A DNA stretch of 64,000 bases from Candidatus Poseidoniaceae archaeon (lineage in GTDB: Archaea > Thermoplasmatota > Poseidoniia > Poseidoniales > Poseidoniaceae). Under the pieces are notes generated by a model that was not told the origin of the DNA, searched no databases, and saw only the letters and a list, made by a program, of their open reading frames with translations. A program made the position numbers and the translations under genes. Positions 10,723 to 19,636 of the stretch are shown one piece after another; position 1 is the first letter of the stretch; every line of letters starts with the position of its first letter. The stretch covers positions 20,496 through 84,495 of the forward strand of contig CBFIJH010000009.1 in assembly GCA_965662895.1 (NCBI GenBank), read 5' to 3'.

Positions 10723-11556
10723 ATGGTGGCTGGTCGTGAGAATATGGACCTTTTAGGCGAACATGCCGTTCTTCGAAACAATGCATTGGATGGAAAAACC
10801 GCTCTTGTTTGTGGTGCAAGTCGCGGCATTGGTGCAGCAACTGCGCGAATCATGGCGAACGCAGGTGCGAACGTCATCGTTTCTTCGAGAAAGAAAGAGC
10901 AACTCAATTTGCTCTTGGATGAGTTGAAACAACTTGGAGGCGGCAAACACCAAGCCCTCGTCATGGACCTAGAGGATACAGATTCGATCAACACCACCAT
11001 TCAACCATTGATCGATAAGGGTCCCATCCATATCCTCGTCAACAACTCGGGCGGCCCGCCCGGCGGACCACTGTTGGATGCTACGGTTGAAGAATTGGCT
11101 CAACCATTCACTCGGCACCTTCATGCAGCCCACACACTGGTTAAACTGCTCACACCTGGCATGATTCAAGCAAACTATGGGCGGATTATTCAGATCGTTT
11201 CAACCAGTGTTCGTGAACCAATTCCAAATCTCGGAGTTTCCAACACATTGCGTGGAGCAATGGCATCATGGGCCAAATCGTTGTCTCGAGAGTTGCATCC
11301 TTGCATAACAATCAACAACGTATTGCCCGGTTTTACGGATACGGAACGTTTGGAGAGCCTCGCACAATCCATCCATGAACGAACGGGTCAATCCATTGAA
11401 GAAATTCATGATGGTTGGATGAGTCAAGTCCCCATTGAACGATTGATTGACCCTCACGAGACTGCTTCAACGATTGCTTTTCTCGCATCACCTGCAGCAG
11501 GAGCGATTCGCGGCGTATCACTACCTGTTGATGGTGGTCGGTTGCGAAGCATCTGA
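10723..11556 (+). CDS. Short-chain dehydrogenase/reductase (atypical SDR)
   Basis: ALVCGASRGIG Rossmann motif, ILVNNSGGPPGG, SNTLR in place of YxxxK, NVLPG, VDGG. Confidence 0.85.
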   Translation: MVAGRENMDLLGEHAVLRNNALDGKTALVCGASRGIGAATARIMANAGANVIVSSRKKEQLNLLLDELKQLGGGKHQALVMDLEDTDSINTTIQPLIDKGPIHILVNNSGGPPGGPLLDATVEELAQPFTRHLHAAHTLVKLLTPGMIQANYGRIIQIVSTSVREPIPNLGVSNTLRGAMASWAKSLSRELHPCITINNVLPGFTDTERLESLAQSIHERTGQSIEEIHDGWMSQVPIERLIDPHETASTIAFLASPAAGAIRGVSLPVDGGRLRSI

Positions 11557-11617
11557 GCACGCGGAGAACCCCAACCCACCATTGATGACTATAAGCCACT
11601 GTGTTGGACATCGGATT

Positions 11618-11785
11618 ATGGGGCACCTCAACGACGTTGGCATGGGATATTTTCAGCACCTCTTTGGAGCATTTAAACTCGGATTGCGGTTTTTCCTTGG
11701 AACGATTCAACTCTTCATCCACGGATTGTTTCCAAATGTGTTTGTTGATGCGGGAAAGAATACATCAGAAGCCTACAAAAGGTAA
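11618..11785 (+). CDS. Small His-containing membrane-associated protein (DUF6356-like), 55 aa
   Basis: MGHLNDVGMGYFQHLFGAF...FIHGLFPNVF; fills gap between SDR and permease; 3' half of track ORF 11447..11785. Confidence 0.55.
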   Translation: MGHLNDVGMGYFQHLFGAFKLGLRFFLGTIQLFIHGLFPNVFVDAGKNTSEAYKR

Positions 11786-11790
11786 TCGAG

Positions 11791-13203
11791 TCACTCTTTT
11801 CGAGAGGTCAGCAAAGCGCGGAACGTCTGGAACGGTGTTTCAGCGTGGGTGAATTGTTTCTTTCCATAGAGGTAGTAGGTTAGAAGACCTGCTCCAATTG
11901 CTGCAGACGCTCCGATGAATGCCTTGTCTCCAATGAAATAAATCAAAAACAAACCAGCAAGAATTCCCCACAATTGCATGAATGGGTAAAGAATGCCTTT
12001 GTACGAAGGGTTCCAATCGTGTCGATCGCTTGTTTGACGAAGTACAATGACACATGTGTTGATCATGATGAAGATCATGATCTTGAACCCTGACGCTAAT
12101 TTTACGACATCTTTCAATGGAACGAAGAAAATTGCCAGACCCATGGCGAGCCCAGTGATGATGATTGGCCAGTGAGGTGATTCATACTTGGGGTGAACAC
12201 GCTCAAGTGCTGGTGGCAGCAATTTGTCCTGTCCCATTGCAAACAGGAAACGGGATGAGGCAAGAATACCTGCAAGCGCCATAGAAATCATAGCTAGAAC
12301 AGAGATGATGGCTGCGAAGATTCCAAACTCTGTTCCCGCAACTTTCTCTGCAAAGACAAATATCGGATTTTCCACAACCTTTCCGTCGGCACCAACCCAC
12401 CATTCTCCGGGTATCGCTGCCATCATCAAAAATGCGAGAACGGAATAGATAATGGTCGCAAAAAGGAGCGACAGAAGCATTCCTGCTGGCAGGTTCTTTT
12501 CAGGATCTTTGACCTCACCACCGATGGCTGCTACTTTGGTCACACCAGCATAGGCTACGAATACAAAGGCGGATGTTTCAGCAAGCGTCCACAGATCCGC
12601 TTCAAAAGCTGCTTTGAACGGTCGGCCAGCATCAAAATCGTCGACAAAGAATGCTGCTATGCAGATAATGACAAACATGGCGAGTGTGAGGAACAAAATG
12701 GGTGTTTGAATGGCTTTTACCTTCTTTACACCGAGGATGTTGATAATGGTAATCAAGACCAAGGCGCTCATGGAGAGAACCATCATTTCCATATCGACGT
12801 CAAAATAGGTCGTCACTGCGATAAAATACGCAGAAAAGCCAATCAGAGAGAAGCCCGATTTTAACAAAAACGAAGCCCATAATCCCAGGCCACTTATGGT
12901 TCCGACCATCGGCCCATAAGTCCGCTCGAGGTAGACGTAAGAACCACCACTTGACGGCATTCCTGATGCCAATTCAGCCTTGGAGATTGCCGCTGGCAGG
13001 ACAACCGCTGCAGCGACAATGAATGCAAGCCAAATCCCTGCACCCATGATATCAGCTGCAAACGTTGGTGTAACGAAGATTCCAGGAAGCATGGCTGAGA
13101 GAGAAATGATAACGACGCCAGCAAGACCAACGCTTCGCTTGAGCGTCTTCTTGACGGCATCAGTGCCCTTTTCAACAATGGTATCGAGTGCTGAGATTGG
13201 CAT
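11791..13203 (-). CDS. APC-family amino acid/polyamine permease
   Basis: ~12 hydrophobic segments, LKRSVG, AELASGMPSSGGSYVY, FVAYAG, EVKDPEKNLP, SRFLFAMG. Confidence 0.9.
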   Translation of the reverse strand: MPISALDTIVEKGTDAVKKTLKRSVGLAGVVIISLSAMLPGIFVTPTFAADIMGAGIWLAFIVAAAVVLPAAISKAELASGMPSSGGSYVYLERTYGPMVGTISGLGLWASFLLKSGFSLIGFSAYFIAVTTYFDVDMEMMVLSMSALVLITIINILGVKKVKAIQTPILFLTLAMFVIICIAAFFVDDFDAGRPFKAAFEADLWTLAETSAFVFVAYAGVTKVAAIGGEVKDPEKNLPAGMLLSLLFATIIYSVLAFLMMAAIPGEWWVGADGKVVENPIFVFAEKVAGTEFGIFAAIISVLAMISMALAGILASSRFLFAMGQDKLLPPALERVHPKYESPHWPIIITGLAMGLAIFFVPLKDVVKLASGFKIMIFIMINTCVIVLRQTSDRHDWNPSYKGILYPFMQLWGILAGLFLIYFIGDKAFIGASAAIGAGLLTYYLYGKKQFTHAETPFQTFRALLTSRKE

Positions 13204-13312
13204 TTCTAGAACCCCGATTTCGTGAAAGAACCACGCTTACAATCACCTACAATCCGATAAAGGATATATGTTCTTGCATTTTTTGAGGATACATATTGCC
13301 GGAATCCGGAAA

Positions 13313-14713
13313 TCAAATCTTTGCGATGACCTTCATCTCAACCGCAATCGGCGTTGGAAGTGCACGAATCGCTAACGTGGTTCGTGTTGGCCCATAATGA
13401 CCAAGCGTTTCAGCCCAAACTTCGTTGTATCCTGCGAAATCACGGTCCATATCAACCAAGAATGATGTCACATCAACAACTTTGTCCATCGAAGAACCTG
13501 CTTCCTCAAGAATTCGTGCTATATTTTCAACCACAGCGCGTGTCTGTGCTTTGATGTCATAGTCCAGTGGTTGGCCGTCACCATCACGGATGGGACCGCC
13601 GGGAATGGCGTTGGTACCGGGTTGTCGGGGACCGACGCCCGAAAGATAGAGAAGTTCACCAACGCGCCGAGCATGAGGATACAATCCGACTGGTTTTGGA
13701 GCAGAATCGGTGTTCACTGCATCCTTGCCTTCGGCAGGATCCCACAATGCAGGACCTGAATCTGTTGGAGATTGAACCTCTTCTTCGATGGAGCCGTCAC
13801 CATCGAGAACATTACGCTCACCGTGATAGACGTCAACATCATCCTCATCATATTCTTTGTCACCCATTCCATTGGATGTTGGATCAAGATGGACAACAGC
13901 ACCACCTGCACCGTGAAGAGCCTCGTAGGCAAGAACACGTCCAGTCAAATCGTTGCGGTTGTCGTTCATTGCAGACAACCACCACATTGGCTTGAAGGTA
14001 ACAACCTTCTGCACACGGATTTGCTGATGGATTGTTCGAGAAAGTTGTGCAACGTCTTCAAGTCGTCCTTCCTCAAGGAATTCCAGAACTTTCCTGTTCC
14101 ATTCATCGTCCTTGAGCGAGTGTATTTTATCATCCGAAGGTTCGATAAATTCCGTAAACATTCGATTCGACATCGACATCGCAGTGACTGCAACTGCTTT
14201 TTTCCCCGTTGAAGCAAGCACATCCAAGCATGCTTTTGCAAGAACGGTTGTCTCAGCGCGATTCGCATAGACATTCGATGAAACAATCACGGCTGGAATC
14301 GCATTCTCTGGGTTTAGTAATTTCAATGCAACAACCGAACCAACATCGATTGGGAAGCCGTTGTAGGCAACGGTTCGACTCTGTAAGCCCCGTGCATGGT
14401 TGGCTTTGTTCCAGGCTTCTGCAAAGTCCGAATCGATTCGAAACGAATACTCCATCGAACCCAAATCATGGAAGTCTTGGTCGACCAAGGTCCACGTTGG
14501 ATTTGGATCGGCTTGAATCTGATGGCCAATAATGCTCGGCCATGTCGTTGAATAGATGATCAGCAAATCCGCATCGCTTTGGGAAATTTGTTGACGTGCT
14601 TCATCAAATGCATCACGAAGTCGTTGCCATCCCTCATTCTGTTCAGGAACCAACAGTGGATGAGGATGAACTGGAACAATATAGGAACCAAGGATTGAAT
14701 CGGACACGTTCAA
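13313..14713 (-). CDS. amnA: Fusion: 2-aminophenol 1,6-dioxygenase alpha subunit-like (LigB fold, non-catalytic) + RidA-family 2-aminomuconate deaminase-like domain
   Basis: N-part: IYSTTW, GFPIDVG, SSN-x-Y, DDEWNRKVL as in AmnA/CnbCa; C-part (~13720-13313): APKPVGLYPHARRVGELLYLSG...PTRTT...VEMKVIA (RidA with catalytic Arg); ATGA overlap with amnB. Confidence 0.85.
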   Translation of the reverse strand: MNVSDSILGSYIVPVHPHPLLVPEQNEGWQRLRDAFDEARQQISQSDADLLIIYSTTWPSIIGHQIQADPNPTWTLVDQDFHDLGSMEYSFRIDSDFAEAWNKANHARGLQSRTVAYNGFPIDVGSVVALKLLNPENAIPAVIVSSNVYANRAETTVLAKACLDVLASTGKKAVAVTAMSMSNRMFTEFIEPSDDKIHSLKDDEWNRKVLEFLEEGRLEDVAQLSRTIHQQIRVQKVVTFKPMWWLSAMNDNRNDLTGRVLAYEALHGAGGAVVHLDPTSNGMGDKEYDEDDVDVYHGERNVLDGDGSIEEEVQSPTDSGPALWDPAEGKDAVNTDSAPKPVGLYPHARRVGELLYLSGVGPRQPGTNAIPGGPIRDGDGQPLDYDIKAQTRAVVENIARILEEAGSSMDKVVDVTSFLVDMDRDFAGYNEVWAETLGHYGPTRTTLAIRALPTPIAVEMKVIAKI

Positions 14714-15606
14714 GCCCCCTCATGGAGATAACAGGGCCATTCAACAATGGCATTCCCAGTTCCAATAATGGTCCCATAGCCATGAAGAATGGCAGGATAG
14801 GATGGCACAGTCAGCGTGCTCAACAACCAAGTGAGCCCTCCACCGTCGGATTCAGCAATCGCTTGTTCGGTGAATTCTGGCATTTCATCAATGATGCGTT
14901 GTGCCTGGCCGCTTCGCATGTAATCGATGATTCGCATGTCCCAAAGATGCATGGCATGGCTGGTAATGTGTTCCTTGCTCATGTCTTCGGGCACCTCTGA
15001 TTCCGTGGTAAAATGTCGGTGAGAAAGCGAATTGGATGCGAGTACGACTGCTTTCTTCCCGCTTTCAAGAATCGCTTCGCGAGTTACTCGACCAAGCTCC
15101 ATCATCATTTCTTGCATCACTTCAACGGAGTAGTAATGCCTTGAGCGATTTGAGGAAATGACAACCAACGGTTTGTCGAATGCTGGATTGACCATATGAC
15201 CGGTTGTGATTGTACCATAATCAACGCGGAAATCAGGATTGTTCATCATCTTCACAGCAAGGCCAGAATCGGCTGCTTTGTCGTGAATAGCTTGACTCAA
15301 TTCAACATCGATGTTGAGATCGTAGGAATATCGAAACAGATTGGGGAAGATGGGATCCACCGAGAGTCCTTCGAAATGCGGAAGACCGAGAAAATGTGTC
15401 CCTACATAGGTCTGCCAATGGGGCGAAAGGATAACGAGAACATCATGCTCAACCTTTGCGAGAGATTCTCGCAGTCGTTCATAACCCCACCGGAGTTGTT
15501 CCCATCCGCCCTCGGATGTGGGTTCGTTCTGGGGAGGATTCTCAGCATAGACAAGATGGGGAGGGTGTGGTGCAAGGCAACCCGCAACAATCGAACCTTT
15601 GGCCAT
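14710..15606 (-). CDS. amnB: 2-aminophenol 1,6-dioxygenase beta (catalytic) subunit
   Basis: LAPHPPHLVYAENPPQNEP..GGWE.LRW.YER, SPHW, SVDPIFPNLFRY, FRVDYGTITT, SNSLSH, IAE, YGTIIGTGNA; Fe ligands and catalytic His/Tyr retained; start moved to ATG 15606. Confidence 0.92.
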   Translation of the reverse strand: MAKGSIVAGCLAPHPPHLVYAENPPQNEPTSEGGWEQLRWGYERLRESLAKVEHDVLVILSPHWQTYVGTHFLGLPHFEGLSVDPIFPNLFRYSYDLNIDVELSQAIHDKAADSGLAVKMMNNPDFRVDYGTITTGHMVNPAFDKPLVVISSNRSRHYYSVEVMQEMMMELGRVTREAILESGKKAVVLASNSLSHRHFTTESEVPEDMSKEHITSHAMHLWDMRIIDYMRSGQAQRIIDEMPEFTEQAIAESDGGGLTWLLSTLTVPSYPAILHGYGTIIGTGNAIVEWPCYLHEGA

Positions 15607-15687
15607 AGTTCGACCAAACATAGGTCGCATATGGATGCATCGCATGTGAAGGCTAAACCTCAAACGAGAAGGGTTTGAGCACGCATT

Positions 15688-16197
15688 ATGTCGGGGGCCG
15701 AGATGGATGCAATTGCATCCGATGAGGAATTCTCATCGGTCGAAGACAACTCAGAGGTGACTGGGAACGAAATCTTTGCCGATATGCTTCGACATATGAT
15801 GGCCCCGCTTCTGATTGGAATGCTTTTTGGAGGGATATGGCAACTTACTGTGATGCCAAGAATTGATACCTTTGTACCAAATCCAGTTCATGGTGCTTTT
15901 GCATTGTACCTCGTTTTGTCACCAGTGATTTACAAACAGCTTGTTGGGTTGGAAATGAGTCGAGCGGGTGAGTACGCCATGGGATTTGCCGTCACTGCCT
16001 GCATCCTTTCACTCGTCTGGATGTTTGGTAGCTCCTCCCTCTACCTTGGAGGTTTCATCCCATCGATTGCGTGGCTCTTTATCAGTTCATTTTGGCTTCA
16101 ATTTGAGTTCCCACCGTTCCGATACGGTTTGTGGCATGGTATGGCCGTGAACATCGGCGGATTTGGTGGAGGCGTTCTCGCCTTCATTTATTTCTAA
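15688..16197 (+). CDS. Hypothetical integral membrane protein
   Basis: Acidic N-terminus then ~5 hydrophobic segments; fills gap between amnB and panB. Confidence 0.7.
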   Translation: MSGAEMDAIASDEEFSSVEDNSEVTGNEIFADMLRHMMAPLLIGMLFGGIWQLTVMPRIDTFVPNPVHGAFALYLVLSPVIYKQLVGLEMSRAGEYAMGFAVTACILSLVWMFGSSSLYLGGFIPSIAWLFISSFWLQFEFPPFRYGLWHGMAVNIGGFGGGVLAFIYF

Positions 16198-17015
16198 GAC
16201 GTGTAGGATTCCGAGGCATTGGGGAAGTCTCCGGAACGAACATCATCACAATACGATCGGATTGCTCCTTCAATATCTTCAGCAAGGTTGAGATATCGAC
16301 GAAGGAAACGTGGCGAAAAATCCATCGTGATTCCAAGGAGATCGTGCAACACCAAAACTTGTCCATCACAGTGCGGCCCTGCACCTATTCCTATGACAGG
16401 GATGCTCAATTCTTTCTGCACTCGCTGAGCGAGTTCCTTTGGAATCTTCTCGAGAACAATCGCAAAGCAACCTGCTTCTTCCAACAACTTCGCATCAGCG
16501 ATTAACTTTTCAGCCTCTTCGTCTTCTTTTGCCCGGACCGTGTAGGTTCCAAATTTGTAAATGCTCTGAGGGGTTAATCCAAGGTGACCCATCACAGGAA
16601 TTCCAGCAGTCAAAATACGTTCGATGGATTCGACAACCTCTGAGCCGCCTTCGAGTTTCACAGCATGGCCTTCGGCTTCCTTCATGATTCGAATCGCACT
16701 TTCGAGAGCTTGCCTTGAGTTCCCTTGGTACGTTCCGAAGGGCATGTCAACAACAATCAGCGCTCGATCGACTGCACGTTGTACGCACTGTGCGTGGTAA
16801 ATCATGTGGTCGAGGGTCATCGGTACCGTGGTTACCTGACCTGCCATGACATTGGAAGCAGAATCACCTACGAGGATAACGTCCACGCCTGCTGCATCAA
16901 CAAGCCTTGCAAGCGAATAGTCGTAAGCCGTGAGCATGGTGATGGGCTCGTTGGCTCGCTTCATCTCCTGAAGTGTATGCGTGGTAACTTTTGTTGCCTT
17001 ACCATGAACCGACAT
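16194..17015 (-). CDS. panB: 3-methyl-2-oxobutanoate hydroxymethyltransferase
   Basis: MLTAYD, LVGDS, DMPFGTY, VKLEGG, GHLGLTPQS, IGIGAG..DGQVLV. Confidence 0.95.
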   Translation of the reverse strand: MSVHGKATKVTTHTLQEMKRANEPITMLTAYDYSLARLVDAAGVDVILVGDSASNVMAGQVTTVPMTLDHMIYHAQCVQRAVDRALIVVDMPFGTYQGNSRQALESAIRIMKEAEGHAVKLEGGSEVVESIERILTAGIPVMGHLGLTPQSIYKFGTYTVRAKEDEEAEKLIADAKLLEEAGCFAIVLEKIPKELAQRVQKELSIPVIGIGAGPHCDGQVLVLHDLLGITMDFSPRFLRRYLNLAEDIEGAIRSYCDDVRSGDFPNASESYTS

Positions 17016-17070
17016 TGTTCTGCCCCATGCTTCCGACTGAATTCAACATTTCAAAGGCTCGCCGGCAAAA

Positions 17071-18516
17071 TCAATCATGTTTGATGCAAACATTCAGTGG
17101 TTCGGAAAAGAATGCGAGACTCCAATCGCCACCTTCCCGACCAACACCTGAATTCTTTACACCTCCAAACGGTGTTCGTAGATCTCGATGGAGCCAGGTG
17201 TTGACCCAGACAATACCTGTCTCAATTTGTTTGGCAAGTTCATGGGCCCGGTCCGTATCCTTCGACCAGATCGATCCTGCGAGTCCATAGTCGGTTGAAT
17301 TTGCAATATCGATGGCCTCTTGGTCGGATTCAAATCTGTGGATTGTCACAACCGGTCCGAAAATTTCCTCCGTGGAAGTTCGGGAAGTGTGGTCCAATCC
17401 ATCAATAATCGTTGGCCGAAGATAGGCACCATTGGCGTTCGGTCCGACCGGCCCGGTCATTTTGCGCGTTCCTCCGACAAGAACGGTTCCTCCTTCTTCA
17501 ATTCCAAGTTCGATGTAGGACTCGACTTTGTGCATGTGATCTTGGCTGATGAGCGCACCGATTTGTGTTGAAGTATCTCGAGGATCGCCACACGTCATCT
17601 TCTCAACAGATTTGACAAGTTTTTCGATGAATTCGTCTGCAATCGATGCATGAACGAGAATTCTCGAACCGCACAAACACACCTGACCTCCGTTGGTAAA
17701 CCCAGCACGTACCGTCCCCTCAACAGAACGGTTGATGTCTGCATCATCAAGGACAATCGTCGCATTTTTACCGCCCAATTCCAATGAGAGTTTCTTGAAC
17801 ATTGGTGCTGCGGTTGCGGCAACATGACGACCTGTTGCCGTCCCTCCAGTGAATGAAATCGCTCCGATGAGCGGGTGTTCAAGAATCGATTGACCAACTT
17901 CAGGACCGTATCCATGAACGACATTGAGGACGCCTGGTGGCAGGCCAATTTCATTGGCAACCTCACAAAGAAGATTGGCAGTAAGCGGTGTCAATTCACT
18001 CGGTTTAGCCACAATGGTATTCCCCATCAACAAAGCGGGTGCAACCTTCCAACTGAGCAAATACAAGGGAAGATTCCAAGGCGTAATCAAGCCAACCGTT
18101 CCAATCGGTTTTCGGTGGATAATGTTAACGGCATCGTTCATTTCGAATGTTTCAGGTTCTCGATTTCGGGCAAAATCAGCAAAGAATCTGAAATTTTCAA
18201 TGGACCGTTGCGCATCAACTCGACGAGCCAATGCTAACGGTTTGCCTGTATCCCTCGATTCCCGCTGAGCGAGATCTTCTTTCCTTGCCTCAAGTCCGTC
18301 CGCAAGGCGATCGAGCCAATCGGCACGCTCGAGCATCGTGAGGTCCGACCAATCCTTTTGCGCAAGCCTTGATGCTTGAACAGCCGCATCAACATCGGGG
18401 CCTTTCGAGCGAGCAATCGTTCCAATGATGTCCCCTGTTGCAGGATTGATGTTGGGAATGGTATCTCCATCCAAGGCATCAACAAACCTCCCTGCGATGA
18501 AATTTAACGCATTCAT
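17071..18516 (-). CDS. amnC: Aldehyde dehydrogenase, 2-aminomuconate/2-hydroxymuconate semialdehyde dehydrogenase (AmnC/ALDH8A1-like)
   Basis: ITPWNLPLYLLSWKVAPAL, FTGGTATG, LELGGKN, GQVCLCGSRI, EEIFGPV, W..RDLRTPFGGVK.SG.GREGG subfamily signature; context. Confidence 0.8.
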   Translation of the reverse strand: MNALNFIAGRFVDALDGDTIPNINPATGDIIGTIARSKGPDVDAAVQASRLAQKDWSDLTMLERADWLDRLADGLEARKEDLAQRESRDTGKPLALARRVDAQRSIENFRFFADFARNREPETFEMNDAVNIIHRKPIGTVGLITPWNLPLYLLSWKVAPALLMGNTIVAKPSELTPLTANLLCEVANEIGLPPGVLNVVHGYGPEVGQSILEHPLIGAISFTGGTATGRHVAATAAPMFKKLSLELGGKNATIVLDDADINRSVEGTVRAGFTNGGQVCLCGSRILVHASIADEFIEKLVKSVEKMTCGDPRDTSTQIGALISQDHMHKVESYIELGIEEGGTVLVGGTRKMTGPVGPNANGAYLRPTIIDGLDHTSRTSTEEIFGPVVTIHRFESDQEAIDIANSTDYGLAGSIWSKDTDRAHELAKQIETGIVWVNTWLHRDLRTPFGGVKNSGVGREGGDWSLAFFSEPLNVCIKHD

Positions 18517-19634
18517 GAATTCATCTCCGAGTCATACAACCATCGGTCTTGATCCGGATCCCACTCGTCCCATGTTGGAATTGTTTTGAGAACATCGATG
18601 TACCGGTCAGGAACAATTCCTGGAACAATAAACGCTTTTTGTCGATGCAAGGGGTAAGGATTTCTCAAATCAATCCCAAGGACGCCAAGAATGGCCCGAG
18701 CAACATACCAGGTCGCTTGTGCATTCCAACCGTGAGCAATTTTAATCACGATGCCTAAGCCGTTGGGATAATCAGGATGCTCTATCGCAAGTCCGAGCAA
18801 TCCATCCGCTCCTTCTTTTGCAATGACTGAACCTTCACCAGCCTTGAGGATTGTTGAATCCAAACGATTGAAACCACCAACAAGGTCAGGATGACGAACC
18901 ATCGCTTCCCAAATCCAATCCTCATTTTTGTCTCGCACGAGGCCAGCATAAATCTGTGCAAGTTCGGCAACTGTGTTGGAAACTGTTGGCAAACCACAAC
19001 CATCTTTGGCAATTCTCAGTGGTTCCCAATCGCTTCCAATAAATCGTCGTATTTGCGACATGTATGCTCCAAACACTTGATGTGTTGGTAAGGTGTATCC
19101 CGCACGATTCCAACCCTTTTCCCTGCAACCGCGGAGTATAGCAGCATGCTCGCCTGAGCATGTGTGATACCAACGGCGAGGACGACGTACCTGACGACCA
19201 AATTGAATCAGAGGGACATCAAGTGGAGTCAACATCAGTGGCCATTCGGATTCTGACAACAAGGACTGGGCAGCTGATACGTGTTCGGTGTCTCCATTGT
19301 GGCTTGCGACAGAAATTGCCTTTTGCTCCCAAGACAAGTCGTCCAATTCTTTGACGAAGGCCTTGAGCATGAATGGCTTCATCATTGAACGACCATAACA
19401 AAGCACGTTTCCTCCAAATGAATGAATCACTTCATCGCCATGTGACCAAGCAACTGCTCCATGGATTGTCGTTTCGGAAACACCATTGCGTCGATAGTCA
19501 ACCAAAGGCTCCCATGCGACATCTCTTCCGGTTGGGATACCCTCAACTTGTTCACCAAGTGGAGAATCTGGAAACAATTCACTTCCAGGTTGACCCGGTT
19601 TTACGGCTGAATGGTTGTGATGATCAATCCGCAT
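18513..19634 (-). CDS. Class 3 (Rhizobium etli-type) asparaginase-fold amidohydrolase, divergent
   Basis: RSMMKP, ASHNG, TCSGEH (canonical NCSGKH), DGCG, AKEGADG, KIAHG; ATGA overlap with ALDH. Confidence 0.8.
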   Translation of the reverse strand: MRIDHHNHSAVKPGQPGSELFPDSPLGEQVEGIPTGRDVAWEPLVDYRRNGVSETTIHGAVAWSHGDEVIHSFGGNVLCYGRSMMKPFMLKAFVKELDDLSWEQKAISVASHNGDTEHVSAAQSLLSESEWPLMLTPLDVPLIQFGRQVRRPRRWYHTCSGEHAAILRGCREKGWNRAGYTLPTHQVFGAYMSQIRRFIGSDWEPLRIAKDGCGLPTVSNTVAELAQIYAGLVRDKNEDWIWEAMVRHPDLVGGFNRLDSTILKAGEGSVIAKEGADGLLGLAIEHPDYPNGLGIVIKIAHGWNAQATWYVARAILGVLGIDLRNPYPLHRQKAFIVPGIVPDRYIDVLKTIPTWDEWDPDQDRWLYDSEMNS

Positions 19635-19636
19635 CT

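Noticed and set aside
16194-17015. panB as a member of the aromatic pathway (aldolase-like role)
   Set aside because: All canonical PanB motifs present and it has its own promoter-like motif; position is more simply explained by gene shuffling
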